Assembly (NCBI RefSeq): GCF_006345805.1
Contig: NC_043022.1
Span: 5,022,001 to 5,086,000 of the forward strand
Source: Octopus sinensis
Lineage: Eukaryota
Length of the DNA: 64,000 nt
Direction: 5' to 3'
A model generated the notes under the pieces. That model made no database searches. It was not told the origin of the DNA and saw only the letters and a list, made by a program, of their open reading frames with translations. The stretch's first letter is position 1; every line of letters starts with the position of its first letter. Below are positions 1 to 11,992 of this stretch, one piece after another. The translations under genes were made by a program, and so were the position numbers.

Positions 1-130
1 CTTCCATACACACACACACACACAAGTATATACATTACATGTGGGACCTAAATATTATATCATTATATATATATATGTATATATATACATATATATATGT
101 ATGTATATATACATACATAAATATATATAT

Positions 131-480
131 ACAAAATTTAAAGGACTGACCACTAAAAGTGGACGGTCAACATGCTAGATATAGACGTCAAATCGCTATT
201 TTCCACAAAGAATATGTTCTCAAATAAAAATTCAGCACGAACCAAAGTATTAAAAATAAGCAAGACAAATGAAAATATACGAAATAAAAATGATTACCCA
301 TGTACCGATCAGTTTCGATTGTTAATATCCATGCATGTGAATACCCGCAATCTCTTCAGCATAGTCGTCATATAGAAATACAATTTGCAGGACTAGATAC
401 AAAAACGTTTGACCGAAGTCTCGCATGCATAGAGTCCAACCAATTATATTTATGTGTATCTTTCAAATGCCTTCACTTTA
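131..480 (-). mobile_element. Short PLE-derived repeat unit carrying a hammerhead ribozyme (copy 1)
   Basis: Near-identical to the reverse complement of 22692-23040 and embedded in (TA)n. Contains the HHR fold at 298-364. Confidence 0.75.
298..364 (-). ncRNA. Type-I hammerhead ribozyme motif, canonical core
   Basis: Minus strand reads CTATG CTGAAGA GATTG...CAATC GAAAC TGATCG GTA CATGG. Stem I is CUAUG/CAUGG, stem II is GAUUG/CAAUC, stem III is near-palindromic, and the cleavage triplet is GUA. Confidence 0.8.
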
Positions 481-492
481 CATAAATTTTAC

Positions 493-554
<62 letters not shown>

Positions 555-624
555 CAGTGTAAGCTCATAAATGTGAAACAAAGTGGGAAAAAATAGTACT
601 CAAATACCAGAGGTAGAGTAATAT

Positions 625-781
625 ACTTTACTAATAAAGCTGCAAAGACATCACAAAAACTGTTACTCAGAGTTTCATGTTCCTGTTCATCGGACAGTTT
701 TAGTACCAAAACGGTCTGACAGAACAGGAACATGAAACTCTGAGTAACAGTTTTGGGGATGTTTTTACAGCTTTATTAATA

Positions 782-785
<4 letters not shown>
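625..785. repeat. ~160 bp imperfect inverted repeat, each arm with a minimal HHR-like motif
   Basis: Arms are ...AAAACTGTTACTCAGAGTTTCATGTTCCTGTTC and GAACAGGAACATGAAACTCTGAGTAACAGTTTT.... Flanked by microsatellites. Confidence 0.85.
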
Positions 786-825
<40 letters not shown>

Positions 826-1076
826 TTCTTCCGGCCCTCCGAAATTCTGTGTTGGTATCTGGCATGCTGGAAGACCACTGGGAGTTAGGCATCCACCCCT
901 TAGCTTTTGTTAAAGCCTGTTTCCCGAACCCACTTGAAACCCAAGTCACATCTTTTCTGATAATTGGTGGTGACTTGGTCAGTGAATCCTCTGCAATGGT
1001 CAACAATCATTGACAGGATGAGCTGTCAAGGATCACGCTATCCCAAAGTGTGTATGCATATGACCAGGGACCACAT

Positions 1077-1325
1077 GTATGGAGTTGCTTGGCTTGGTGG
1101 TCAGGGTGTTGGACTCATGGTTGCAAGATTGTGGTTTTGATTCCTGGTCCGGGCGACAGATATTTTTAAACAAAACACTTAATTTCACGTTGCTCCAGTT
1201 CACTCAGCTGGCAAAAATGAGTAATCCTGCAAGGGACTGGCATCCCATCCAGGTGGGGAATATATATGCCATGAAAACTGGGAAACTAGCCCTTATGAGT
1301 CAGCATGACTTGACAAGGTAACTAG
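1077..1325 (+). mobile_element. tRNA-derived SINE, family E
   Basis: A-box/B-box-like head (TGGCTTGGTGGTCAGGG...GGTTTTGATTCCTGG). Homologous reverse copies at 12980-13480 and 22310-22555. Confidence 0.7.
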
Positions 1326-1364
1326 GAGGGAAGTGCCACATATGAACTTATATTCCTGTTAGTT

Positions 1365-2045
1365 AGTTAGTTAGTTAATTTGGCTCAAAAGCAAATAGCA
1401 AGGCCATGTAGGGGGACATGGAGTTAAGTACAGGGTGGTGCTCATGTAAAGAGTTCAGGCCACTTGAGGTCCAGGGAGGCTTTGAACAAAGCGGTCGTCG
1501 GCATCTTCACCATCTCGTCGGCATCTTCACCATCTCGTCCACGGATCCGCAACCCGGACGGAGAAAGCTCCTCTCCTTCGATTGAGATGAAATCGTCGCA
1601 GGTAGAGCTTTTCGGAATGACCCCGCAGCCGACGCTCTGGAGCAGGAGTGAAGAACAGCTCTTTCGAGAGGTTACACTTTCCGCTTATGATGTTGTGGGC
1701 GAGAATGAGATCACCACGGCGGCGGCGTTTTTCAAGAGAATAAAGGTCGAGCGTCCTCAGCCTTTCTTTGTAGGACAAATTTTTGAGACCATGAACCATG
1801 CGGGTAGCCAGCTTCTGGACTCTTTCGAGATGCTGTATGTCTTTGAGGAGATAAGGAGAAGAGGCTTGAATCCCATACTCCAATATGGGCCTCACCAGCG
1901 TGACATAGAGTGGTAGGAATATGGCTGCTGTGAGCATTCCGAATGACCGTCGAATCAAGAACAGAATTCCGCGTGCTTTGTTGGCAGCATGGACGCACTG
2001 GGCCGAAGGCGAAAAGGAGGAATCCACCAAGATACCCAAACATGA
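1365..2045 (-). mobile_element. 5'-truncated CR1-type LINE (RT C-terminal region)
   Basis: ORF 1527-2054 contains LGILVDSSFS, LYVTLVRPILEY, LERVQKLATR and LEKRRRRGDLI, typical of the CR1/L2 ORF2 tail. A 20-bp tandem duplication at ~1495-1534 shifts the frame. Confidence 0.85.
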
Positions 2046-2103
2046 ACTCTGCACTTCAACAGTGAATCATGACTATTGCTACGGCATCTGTGTTCTTTGA
2101 CAG

Positions 2104-2187
2104 CAGCCAACTGTCAGATGTGGTCAACCATCATGAAGGACTAGAACTGGCTAAAGCCACACCAGGTGAATGCCACCGCCTGAACAA
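2104..2187 (+). CDS. Candidate internal host exon (SQLSDVVNHHEGLELAKATPGECHRLN)
   Basis: Acceptor TGTGTTCTTTGACAG and donor AA|GTAAGT. 84 nt with one open frame. No recognised homology. Confidence 0.25.
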
Positions 2188-2710
2188 GTAAGTAATACAG
2201 ACATTTGCAGTTCTGTTGGAATCTAAATCAACTCACAGACTTTGCTTATCAGGCTGTTGTTGCTTTGAAATATTGATTCCTAATGTCAGCACAAAACCAT
2301 TCTTTGCAGTTATCACTGACTTAGCCATTGTTTATAGGAATTTCTGAAAGCTATTTGAAGGTCGTAGAAATATGGCAATATTTCGTCTTGGTTCTGGAAG
2401 ACTCTAGATGCCAGGTAAAAATTATTAACATTCAGTGAAATTTGAGAAAGGTCAAGAAAAAAAGGAACCATTTTAAAGTTTTAGCCATTGTGTTTGTGTG
2501 CATTACTTGTCATGAAGTCTACCAGTTCCGTTCTTCTAAATAAACTTGACATTCGCAGGAACCAATAATGGTAAAAATAAATGCTAAGTGCCACAGAAAA
2601 CCAGAAAATAGTTCACAGGATTCTTATCATGGAGTGTTGTTCCTCCTTCTCTTTCTCTCTCGCTTTCACACTTTATATATGTATATTTGAGTAGACATAC
2701 ATATGTACAT

Positions 2711-2752
<42 letters not shown>

Positions 2753-3347
2753 ACATAAATACATACATACATAAATACATACATACATACATGCACACAC
2801 GAATATATATACAAAAACGAAGGTGTATATATATGAATGTATACATGTATGTACATACATATAAATATATGTTATACATATATGTGTGTGTATATATATA
2901 ATATATATATTATACTTACACATGTATACATATATACAAACACAAAGTACATATATATATAGTTAAATGTTCCATTAAGGAAGATCAGCAAAAAGTACTC
3001 TATCCAGTGAGAGATGATTATATATAATATATATATATATAATATGTATGTGTATATATATATCATCATCGTCATGTATATATGCATATGTTTCTGTAGG
3101 CATGTGAGTGTGCATACATACACATATATATTTATATATATCCATATACACCCACATAATATATAGGTATATAATATGAGTCTAGGGCAATGACCCCACT
3201 AAGACATTTACCCCTGAGGAAAACAAATGATAATTTAAAACTTCTTATTATATTGGAGGTAATTAACTAAGGGGGTAGTTGTCGTGGTGGTGGTGGGAAT
3301 TGTCCTGATATGGTATTATATATGGAGATTTACACATTTATACACTA

Positions 3348-3525
3348 ATGTATGTATGTATGTATGTATGTAGCTTTCTATCTGTCTGTTTATCTATCTA
3401 TCTGTCTGTCTGTCTGTCCGTGTGCTTGTATGCCTGTCTGTCTGTCTGTCTATATATCTATCTTCTGTCTGTCTGTCTCTCTATTTATCTGTCCGTGTGC
3501 TTGTCTGCCTGTCTGTCTGTCTATC

Positions 3526-3580
<55 letters not shown>

Positions 3581-3594
3581 AGTCTGTCTATCTG

Positions 3595-3632
<38 letters not shown>

Positions 3633-3679
3633 AGTCTGTCTATCTATCTATTTGTCTGTCCGTGTGCTTGTCTGTCTGT

Positions 3680-3769
<90 letters not shown>

Positions 3770-3884
3770 GTCTGTCTGTCTGTGTCTGTCTGTCTGTCTA
3801 TCAGTCTGTGTTTGTGTCTCTCTATCTATTTGTCTGTCTGTCTGTCTATCTATCTATATATTTATAGATAGATAGTTATAGATA

Positions 3885-3931
<47 letters not shown>

Positions 3932-3960
3932 ACACACACACACACACACACACACACAAT
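3348..3960. repeat. Compound (ATGT)n/(ATCT)n/(GTCT)n/(CA)n microsatellite
   Basis: Visible directly. Explains ORFs 3348-3875. Confidence 0.95.
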
Positions 3961-4629
3961 CGATAGTACTACTGCTAACTCCATAAACAGATATGTCACA
4001 ATTTAGATTCTGGGTTTTCTGTTAGTTTAGTACCGCAGACATTACACAGCAACGTTTGTGTACCCATTGCTGGCCGTAAGGACACACTATCCAGTGCCTA
4101 TCTACCTTCGTCTCAGCAAAACAAGACAACCCATCAGGTGGTTTTGGCATTTTGTGTACTTTGTTCCTTAGAAATATCTTGGTCTTTTGCCATGTTGACT
4201 CTTAGACCTCCTCCTCCACCTCCTCCTTCTCTCCCCCTTCATCATCATCATCATTATCACCATCATCAAGTCTAGACCCTTCTTGTATGTATTTGTATGT
4301 AAATATATGTATGTATGTATATATGCATGTATATATGCATGTGTATGTATATCTATATCTGTCCATCTATCTATCTATATATCTATCTGCCTGTCTATGT
4401 CTACACACTCACATATGTACCATATACAAATACACAAACATACATATATATATATGTATACATACATACATTATACATACACATATACACATATATATAT
4501 ATACTTATAGACATATATATACATATATATATGTGTCTGTCTATCTATCTATCTATTTATATTTATCTCTCTCTCTCTTTCTCTTTCTCCATCTCCCCCC
4601 CTCTCTGTCTATATATATATATATATACA

Positions 4630-5975
4630 TGAGGGGAAGTTAAAAATTATCCGCACTTTCACCATAACATATCTTGCATCTATTCAATCTCAGTCACAGA
4701 TTTTTAATTAATTTTTTTTTAACTAAACACTTTGAAACTCCTGATACTAGTATAATGTGTCATGTAGAATAGGGTTTACTCGTAATGTTTTTGACAAAAT
4801 TTTGTATTTTAGAACGTTGCCAGTGCCACCTTGGCTGGCTTCTGTGCCGCTGGCACGTTAAAAGCTCCAACCGATCGTGACCGATGCCGGACCCCCCCTG
4901 GCACCTGTGCAGGTGGCACATAAAAAGCATCCACTACACTCGCGGAGTGGTTGGTGTTAGGAAGGGCATCCAGCCATAGAAACTCTACCAGATCAGACTG
5001 GAGCCTGGAGCAGCCCCTGGCTTCCCAGACCCCGGTCGAACCGTCCAACCCGTGCTAGCGCGGAAAACGGATGTTAAACGATGATGATGATGATGATGAT
5101 GATGAAGTTATTTCATGTTAAAGTTGTCATACGTGGATAATTTTAACCAATCAATGATGTGCAATCAGCTGAAGAAAGTTACTGCTGTTTGCGAAAGTAA
5201 TGGAAGAGCAACAACTTCTGGGTCATTGGGTCGTCTGTTTTGGATGCTGCATATGTATATGTATGTAGATACACAGACACACATATATGTGTATACACCC
5301 CCCAATACATACACACACGTCCATCACACACACACACACACACGCACATACACACACATATTCATATGTAAAGCTGATAACCCCCCCCCCCGAATGGAAT
5401 CAAGGAAAAGGAGAGGGTTTAATAAATTAATATGCAGTGGTAGGTGTATTGGTAAGTTTATATAAGCTGTTGTTCAGCTTATCAACACACCACCACTCTC
5501 TCCATTCTCTCTCTCTTTCTTTATCTCTCTTTCTCTTCCTCTCTCTCTCTCTCTCTCTACGATTTGTCATGTTAAAAAAATCAGGCGCAATCATTGAACG
5601 AGTTAACTGAAAACGATTAAAACGTATATTTGTGTGTATGTACATGTATGTATGTGCATATCTTTTATACTTTTCTCCCACCTCTCTCTCTCTCTCTCTC
5701 TCTTTCACGACTCGATGACCCAGAAGTTGTTGCTTTTCCATTACTTTCGCAAACAGCAGTAACTTTCTTCAACTGAACACATGTCATTGATTGTTTAAAA
5801 TTACCCAAATACGACAACTTTAACACGAAATAACTTCTTGAATACAAAATTTTGTCAAAAACGTTAAGAGTAAACCATTTTCTATGCGACACATTCAACC
5901 AGTGTCTGAAGTTTCAAAGTGTTTAGTTAAAAAAAATTAATTAAAAATTCTGTGTCTGAGATTGAACAGATCCCA
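4630..5975. mobile_element. Mariner-derived element with long inverted arms
   Basis: Starts with mariner-like TACATGAGGGGAAGTTAAAAATTATCC. 4675-4812 plus 5104-5200 is the reverse complement of ~5710-5972. Confidence 0.6.
4812..5104 (+). mobile_element. RTE-LINE 3' tail / RTE-type SINE with (GAT)n tail
   Basis: GGTGTTAGGAAGGGCATCCAGC...GGATGTTAAACGATGATGATG. The same sequence follows the RTE ORF at 7790-7965. Inserted in the left arm of the mariner-derived repeat; the right arm shows the empty site. Confidence 0.8.
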
Positions 5976-6105
5976 TATCTTTATTATTGCCCCATTGCTT
6001 TCTGCGCATGTATGCTTATATTTGGTGCTATTGTGGTCCCATGATCGAAGTCTGAGCCTGATCGTGCCATTTTTCTTTCTGGCTTTACAGTGTGAGAATG
6101 GTCGC

Positions 6106-6372
6106 TCCACGAGCAATGTGCACCAAAGAAGAATAAAGAGCATTGATCTGGTTTCTCTGGTCAAAAGGTGCCTCAGGTACTGAAATTCATCGGAGGCTTT
6201 TAGCACAATACGAGGACAGTGCACTATCATGCAGAAGTGTGTATAAGGGGATTGAGAAGTTTAAAAGAGACTGGGCAAGTGCTTGACGCATGATGAAGAG
6301 GGAGCAGGACGCCCACCAACCTCCACCACTGATGAGATGATTCAGGAAACTTGAGAGATGGTGATGGTGAAC
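6106..6372 (+). pseudogene. Mariner transposase N-terminal HTH remnant
   Basis: Reads MVAPRAMCTKEE*RALIWFLWSKGASGTEIHRRLLAQYEDSALSCRSVYKGIEKFK. Contains stops and a frameshift. An inverted copy of ~6005-6160 lies at ~6385-6540. Confidence 0.75.
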
Positions 6373-6554
6373 TGTTCACCTTTACCATCTCTCGGATCAC
6401 TGCTCTTTATTCTTCTTTGGGGCACATTGCTAGTGGAGTGGCCATGCTCACACTGTAAAGCCAGAGAGAAAGATGGCATGATCACACTCAAACTTCGATC
6501 ACATGATCACAATAGTACCAAATATAAGCAGGCATGCTTATAGATATATGTTAT

Positions 6555-6720
6555 GGCTGTGTGGTTCGGGAGCTTGCTTCCTAGCTGCATGGTTTCGGGT
6601 TCAGTCCCACTGCATGGCACTTTGGGTAGGTGTCTTCCACTATAGCCCCGAGCCGACCGGAGCTTTGTGATTGAATTCGGTAGGTGGAAGTTACTGCCGT
6701 GTGTGTATGTGTGCGTATAG
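6555..6720 (+). mobile_element. SINE family A, head fragment
   Basis: TGGCTGTGTGG A box, GGTTCAGTCCC B box and GCACTTTGGGTAGGTGTCTT body shared with many copies. Confidence 0.8.
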
Positions 6721-6829
6721 CTGCTCAGTGCCTCTCTGAAAGAGAGAGAGGGGGTGAAAGTGTGGATAATTTGTGACTTCCCCCTCATATATATATATAT
6801 ATATGTATGTATGTATATATGTATAGGAA

Positions 6830-7965
6830 GGTGAACACATCACACACACCCTCATGTAGGTGGCCCTGAAAAGGTGTAGGTAGAAACTCCATAAGATGTA
6901 CCCAGTGTAAGCTATAGACATATAAGAGGTGCAGCAACATCAAAGGAAGATTAACCGAGAAGATAGCTTTTGTGTGCGGCAGATGCACAGGGGCAATAGA
7001 CACCACAGATACTCAGAAAACAGATTCCATCACACTCCAGGGGGAGAAACTAGAAGTAGTTGATAGCTTCCGCTACCTAAGTGACCAAGTTAGTAGTGGG
7101 GGGATGCTCAGAGAGTTTTACCACTAGAATAAGAATAGCCTGGGCAAAGTTTAGAAAACTTTTACCCCCACTGGCAACAAAGGGTCTCTTGCTCAGAGTG
7201 AAAGGTAGATTGTATGATGAATGTGTGCAAACTGCTATGCTTCACAGCAATGAAACATGGGCCATGACTGAGGAGGACATACGTAGGCTCAAAAGAAATG
7301 AAGCTTGCATGATCCGCTGGATGTGTAATTTCAGTGTGCACACACGACAGAGTGTAAGCACCCTGAGAGAAATGTTGGACATAAGAAGCATAGGACGAGG
7401 TGTGCAAGAGAGATTTTTGCGCTGGTATGGGCATGTACTACGGATGGATGAGGAGAGATGTGTGAAGAAGTGCCACTCCCAAACGGTTGAAGGAATCCGG
7501 AGTAGAAGTCGACCCAGGAAGACCTGGGATGAGGTGGTCAAGCATGACCTTTGAACGTTGGACCTCACAGAGGCAATGACGACAGACCATGATCTCTGGA
7601 GATATGCTGTGATTGAAGACCCGGCAAATAAAGTGAGTTCACGGCTGTATCCTACACCAGTTTCGCATAACCAGCCTCAGCCCATTCAAAGTACCTTGGA
7701 TCGTAGGGTGACCTGCTGTGCTTGAGGAGACCTATTGAGTCAAGTACATCAACATCAAAATGAAAATCAAATGGAAATTGTAGTTGTGATACCCATGCTG
7801 GTGGCACGTAAAAAGCACCCACTATACTCATGGAGTGGTTGGCGTTAGGAAGTGTATCCAGCTGTAGAAACACTGCCAGATCAGACTGGAGCCTGGTGCA
7901 GCCTCCTTGCTTCCCAGACCCCGGTTGAACTGTCCAACCCATGCTAGCATGGAAAACGGATGTGG
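6830..7965 (+). mobile_element. 5'-truncated RTE-clade LINE (ORF2 C-terminus plus 3' UTR)
   Basis: EKLEVVDSFRYL upstream, and ORF 7081-7554 with RIRIAWAKF, KGRLY, ETWAMT, RWYGHVLRM and RPRKTW. Followed by the RTE tail. Confidence 0.9.
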
Positions 7966-8019
7966 GGGAAAAGTAAAAAGGCATTAAAAATTGGTAATAA
8001 AACCCATATTCCTTTTAAC

Positions 8020-8330
8020 AAATTTATTGAAACAAATGGTACATGTTCTTTATTACATGGTTGCGATTAAACATTTCTTGCACTGTTGCCATGTTGTCTG
8101 CAGATTGTGATGTGGTTGGACAGCCACTTCTTGCATCATTCACAGAGCCTGTGGTCATCAGCTTTGCATTACAGCTTTTTATTGTCTCTGGACGTAGTGT
8201 TGCATGCTTACATTTCCATGCACGTAACCATCTCTGAACCAAAACAATGGAATTCCACACTTTGTAGTGTGCAGCTATCTTAGCTCACTCCTGAACAGTC
8301 AAGCAACCGGCCATCTGCAAAACAAGGAAT
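8020..8330 (-). pseudogene. Tc1/mariner-superfamily transposase HTH remnant
   Basis: ETIKSCNAKLMTTGSVNDARSGCPTTSQSADN resembles the F..TGSV.D..RSGRP HTH motif. Confidence 0.55.
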
Positions 8331-8565
8331 TCCCTCTAATGCTGTCTGTTTAAAAAATGTTTTCGTCATGACTTCAGTGATACTAAAAATTCTATAAGCA
8401 ATTTCTAATGCCTACTTACTTTCCACCCACCTGTGTATATATAAGATAGATAGGATATGTTTGTGTTTGTTCCTCATTTCTATAGCATGGTATTTAAGAA
8501 TTACTTTATTCCTTACTAAATATACATATTTCATCATCATCATCATCATCATTTAACATCCGCTT

Positions 8566-8627
8566 GGTGAGTGCAATAATGAAAAATATTTTATGTCTTT
8601 TGTATATTTTTCATTATTGCACTCACC
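8566..8627. repeat. Perfect 24-bp inverted repeat with 14-nt loop
   Basis: GGTGAGTGCAATAATGAAAAATAT at 8566-8589 and its exact reverse complement at 8604-8627. Confidence 0.9.
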
Positions 8628-9478
8628 TTTTTTAAAAATCAATGTTGTCAAAAATTAGAATTTTGATATAAATATGTGTATAGCCATGGATATGTATTTG
8701 TAAGCAGCATCTCTGTGCATGTGTAAGTGAGCGTATGTTTGTGCTTAAGCACACACATACACGACTGTATGTGTATGTATCCATTCGAACTTGTGTATTT
8801 GTATACTTGTCTCCATATATGTCAATAACGCGGTTTACACAGCTTGTTACAAATTTTTCTTATTTCGTTTTTTCCCCACCCTTCCTTTTTCTTTTTCCGT
8901 CCCCCCCTCTTCGTTCCTTTTTCTCTCTCTTCTTTCTTTCGTTTTTTTCTCTAACTGATACTGATACAACTTTACGTCCCCCTTACTTAAGCTTTACTCC
9001 ATAAATAAAAAAACGCTATATCGATGATTTTAACCTGCGTGCGAGATAGATTGCATACATATATGTATGCATGCATTTGTGTGTATATTTTAGATTTATA
9101 TTTATACGTTTGTATATGTATGGCGTTTGCACGCATCCTTCTGTGTATGTTGACATATATATGTACACTTTAATATGAATATGTATTGCAGTGTAATATT
9201 TATAAGTTTTAATTTCCATGCATTAATTAGATTTTTTTCTTCATTAACGTCAATATGTATTTTATTCAATGTAAGGTTTTTCCTCGAATTTTATAATTTT
9301 TATAATTTTTATAATTTTTTTTATATATATATACATATATTTTTGAGCTCATTTTTTGTTTATCACTCGAAGATTGACCGTTATTTCTAAAGGGCCAATC
9401 AAACAAGTCCATTTTTTTTAAAGGGTGTAGCGTTTGTAAGAGTCTGGATTGAATTGATATATCGGTTCCATTCTAGCA

Positions 9479-9525
9479 AAAACTGTCTGATGAACGGCAA
9501 CGAGAAACTCAGAGTAACAGATTTT
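9479..9525 (+). ncRNA. Minimal type-I hammerhead motif, canonical core
   Basis: AAAACTGT CTGATGA ACG GCAA CGA GAAAC TCAGA GTA ACAGATTTT. Homologous to the motifs at 656-701 and 708-754. Confidence 0.65.
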
Positions 9526-10579
9526 GTTGAATTTTCTGCTGGTTTAAATAAAGTATATATAATATATTATATATATATATATATATATATTATACGTACT
9601 TGTGTGTCTCTGTTTGTCTCCCCATCATCGCTTGACAGCTGATGTTGGTGTGTTTATGTTCTCGTAGCTTAGCAGTTCAGCAAAAGAGATCGATAGAATA
9701 AGTACTGGCTTACAAAGAATAAGTCCTGGGGTTGATTTGTTCGACTAAAGGTAGTGCTCCAGCATGGCTGCAATCAAAAGATGAGTGAAACAAAAGAATA
9801 AAAGTCTATATACTTATAGCAGTGGTGCCCCAGCATGGCCGCAGCCTTCGGGCTAAAACATTTTTAAGGATTCAAGGATATGAGGAGTTTTCATGGAGAT
9901 GACTCAGCCTAATAGGTAGGCATTCTGAGTGCTCCAAAAGGTGTGCCACCAAAATTCCAGTTTGAACAGCAGTTGAAGTTGTGGTTATGTGATTGTCTTG
10001 CTGAAAATGGCTAGAAGTGGCTTCCCTTTGAGTCAGTAGGTGTAGGTGAAAATAGAGGAATAGGGGAAAGGCAAACAATTAGGCAAGACATGACTAGGAC
10101 ATTTAACTTAACTTAATCTAATTTAGCTACATAACGAATAGTAAAGAATAGTGATAAATGGTATCTATTTATAGATAGCTGATCATACCATCTTGCAATA
10201 CCTATATATTTGCAGCTATGTTCAATAACATTCCATCTGTGACCATCCAGTCTTGTTTAGTCTGAAGTCAAGTCTTGTTGTCAGGCATGTCATGACATAA
10301 ATTCCATTCATGACCATCCAGTCAGGTTATTTATTAGTCCCAGGTCAACTTTTATTGTCTGACACATAAAGGTGTTCTCCTCTGTGTTATTTTGTCCAGG
10401 AGCAGTGTATCTAGGACTACATTATATGTAGTGTGTCCTTCCTTTCTAAAGATGAAAAGGCCCGATTTATGATTAATCTGGTTGTTTTTTCTAACCAGTG
10501 AAACGACCATGGACCTGAATGGTGTATGTTTGAGTGTGAACATGGATGTGAAGATAGCTTGTTGGGTTGGGAGGAAATT

Positions 10580-10593
10580 GATGGTGGTGGCGG

Positions 10594-10624
<31 letters not shown>

Positions 10625-10940
10625 AGTGGTGGTGGTAGTGGTGGTGGTAGTGGTGGTGGTAGTGGTGATGGTGATGATACTAATGGTGTTGATGATGATG
10701 ATGATGATGACAATGATGATCATGAAGATGACGATGGTAGTGTTGATAAGGATGATGACAATAATGATGACAACCAGGATGATAATGAGGAGGAATGGAA
10801 GATGGCGGTGGTACTAATGAGGATGATGACAACGAGGACGACCGCAATGATGATGGTGGAGATAATGGTCATTGCAGTAATAGCAGTGGTGGTGGTTGTG
10901 GTGGCGGTGGTTGTGGCGGTGGTGGTGGCGGTGGTGGTGG
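10580..10940. repeat. (GAT)n/(GGT)n trinucleotide microsatellite block
   Basis: Visible directly. Explains the poly-V, poly-D/G and poly-T/I ORFs. Confidence 0.95.
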
Positions 10941-11145
10941 TGGTTATGTTTGTGTGATGAGTGCATGCTATGGATTAATTAGATCCTGTAATCAATATCT
11001 TCAAACAAGAGGTGGAAGTTTGTGTTATGATTGGTTGACAGAGAGATGGGGTTGGGGAGGAGACTGGAGAGGATGGAGTTGCCAAATGAAGAGCACACAC
11101 ATGCGCACATACTGTCTAAAAACACCTCAGTTGCATGTGTATGTG

Positions 11146-11207
<62 letters not shown>

Positions 11208-11235
11208 AATTATATACATACATATATATATATAG

Positions 11236-11720
11236 GTGCAGGAGTGGCTGTGTGGTAAGGAGCTTGCTTCCCAACCACATGGTTCCAGGTTCAGTTCCAC
11301 TGTGTGGCACCTTGGGCAAGTGTCTATCACTATGGTCTCAGGCCAACCAAAGCCTTGTGAGTGGATTTGGTAGACGGAAACTGAAAGAAGCCCATCATTA
11401 TATATATATAATATAATATATATATATATAAATATATATATGTATGTATGTAGTATGTATATATGTATTTGTGTGTCTATGTTGTCCCTCTACCATTGCT
11501 TGACAAGCAATGTTGGTATGTTTACATCCCTGTAACTTAGCGGTTCGCTAAAAGAGATCAATAAAATAAGTGTTAGCATCTGATGGTCTGATTGACTCTG
11601 AGATACTGTCGTGTGTGTGTGTGTGTGTATCGTTTGTCTTTTACGTGTTTCAGTCACTAGACTGTGGCCATGCTGGTGCACTGCTTTGAAGTATTTTAGT
11701 TAAATAATTTGATCCCAGTT
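11236..11720 (+). mobile_element. SINE family A, interrupted copy
   Basis: CAGGAGTGGCTGTGTGGTAAG head, internal (TA)n and conserved tail. Confidence 0.8.
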
Positions 11721-11862
11721 CTTTTTTTTTTGAAACCTTGTACTCATTGTATCGATATCTTTTGCTGAACAGTTAAGTTACAGGGACGTAAACACACCAA
11801 CACCAGTTGTCAAGTGATGACGGGGGACAAAGACACTCACTCACATGTATACATACATATAC

Positions 11863-11893
<31 letters not shown>

Positions 11894-11938
11894 GCTGTAG
11901 AATACATATATATATATATATATATAGCTGTAGTATAC

Positions 11939-11992
<54 letters not shown>

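Noticed and set aside
1495-1534. 20-bp tandem duplication in the CR1 fragment
   Set aside because: An ordinary post-insertion frameshift lesion.
6329-6350. CTGATGA...GAAAC resembling a hammerhead
   Set aside because: There is no stem I or III, and it lies in mariner coding sequence (TDEMIQET).
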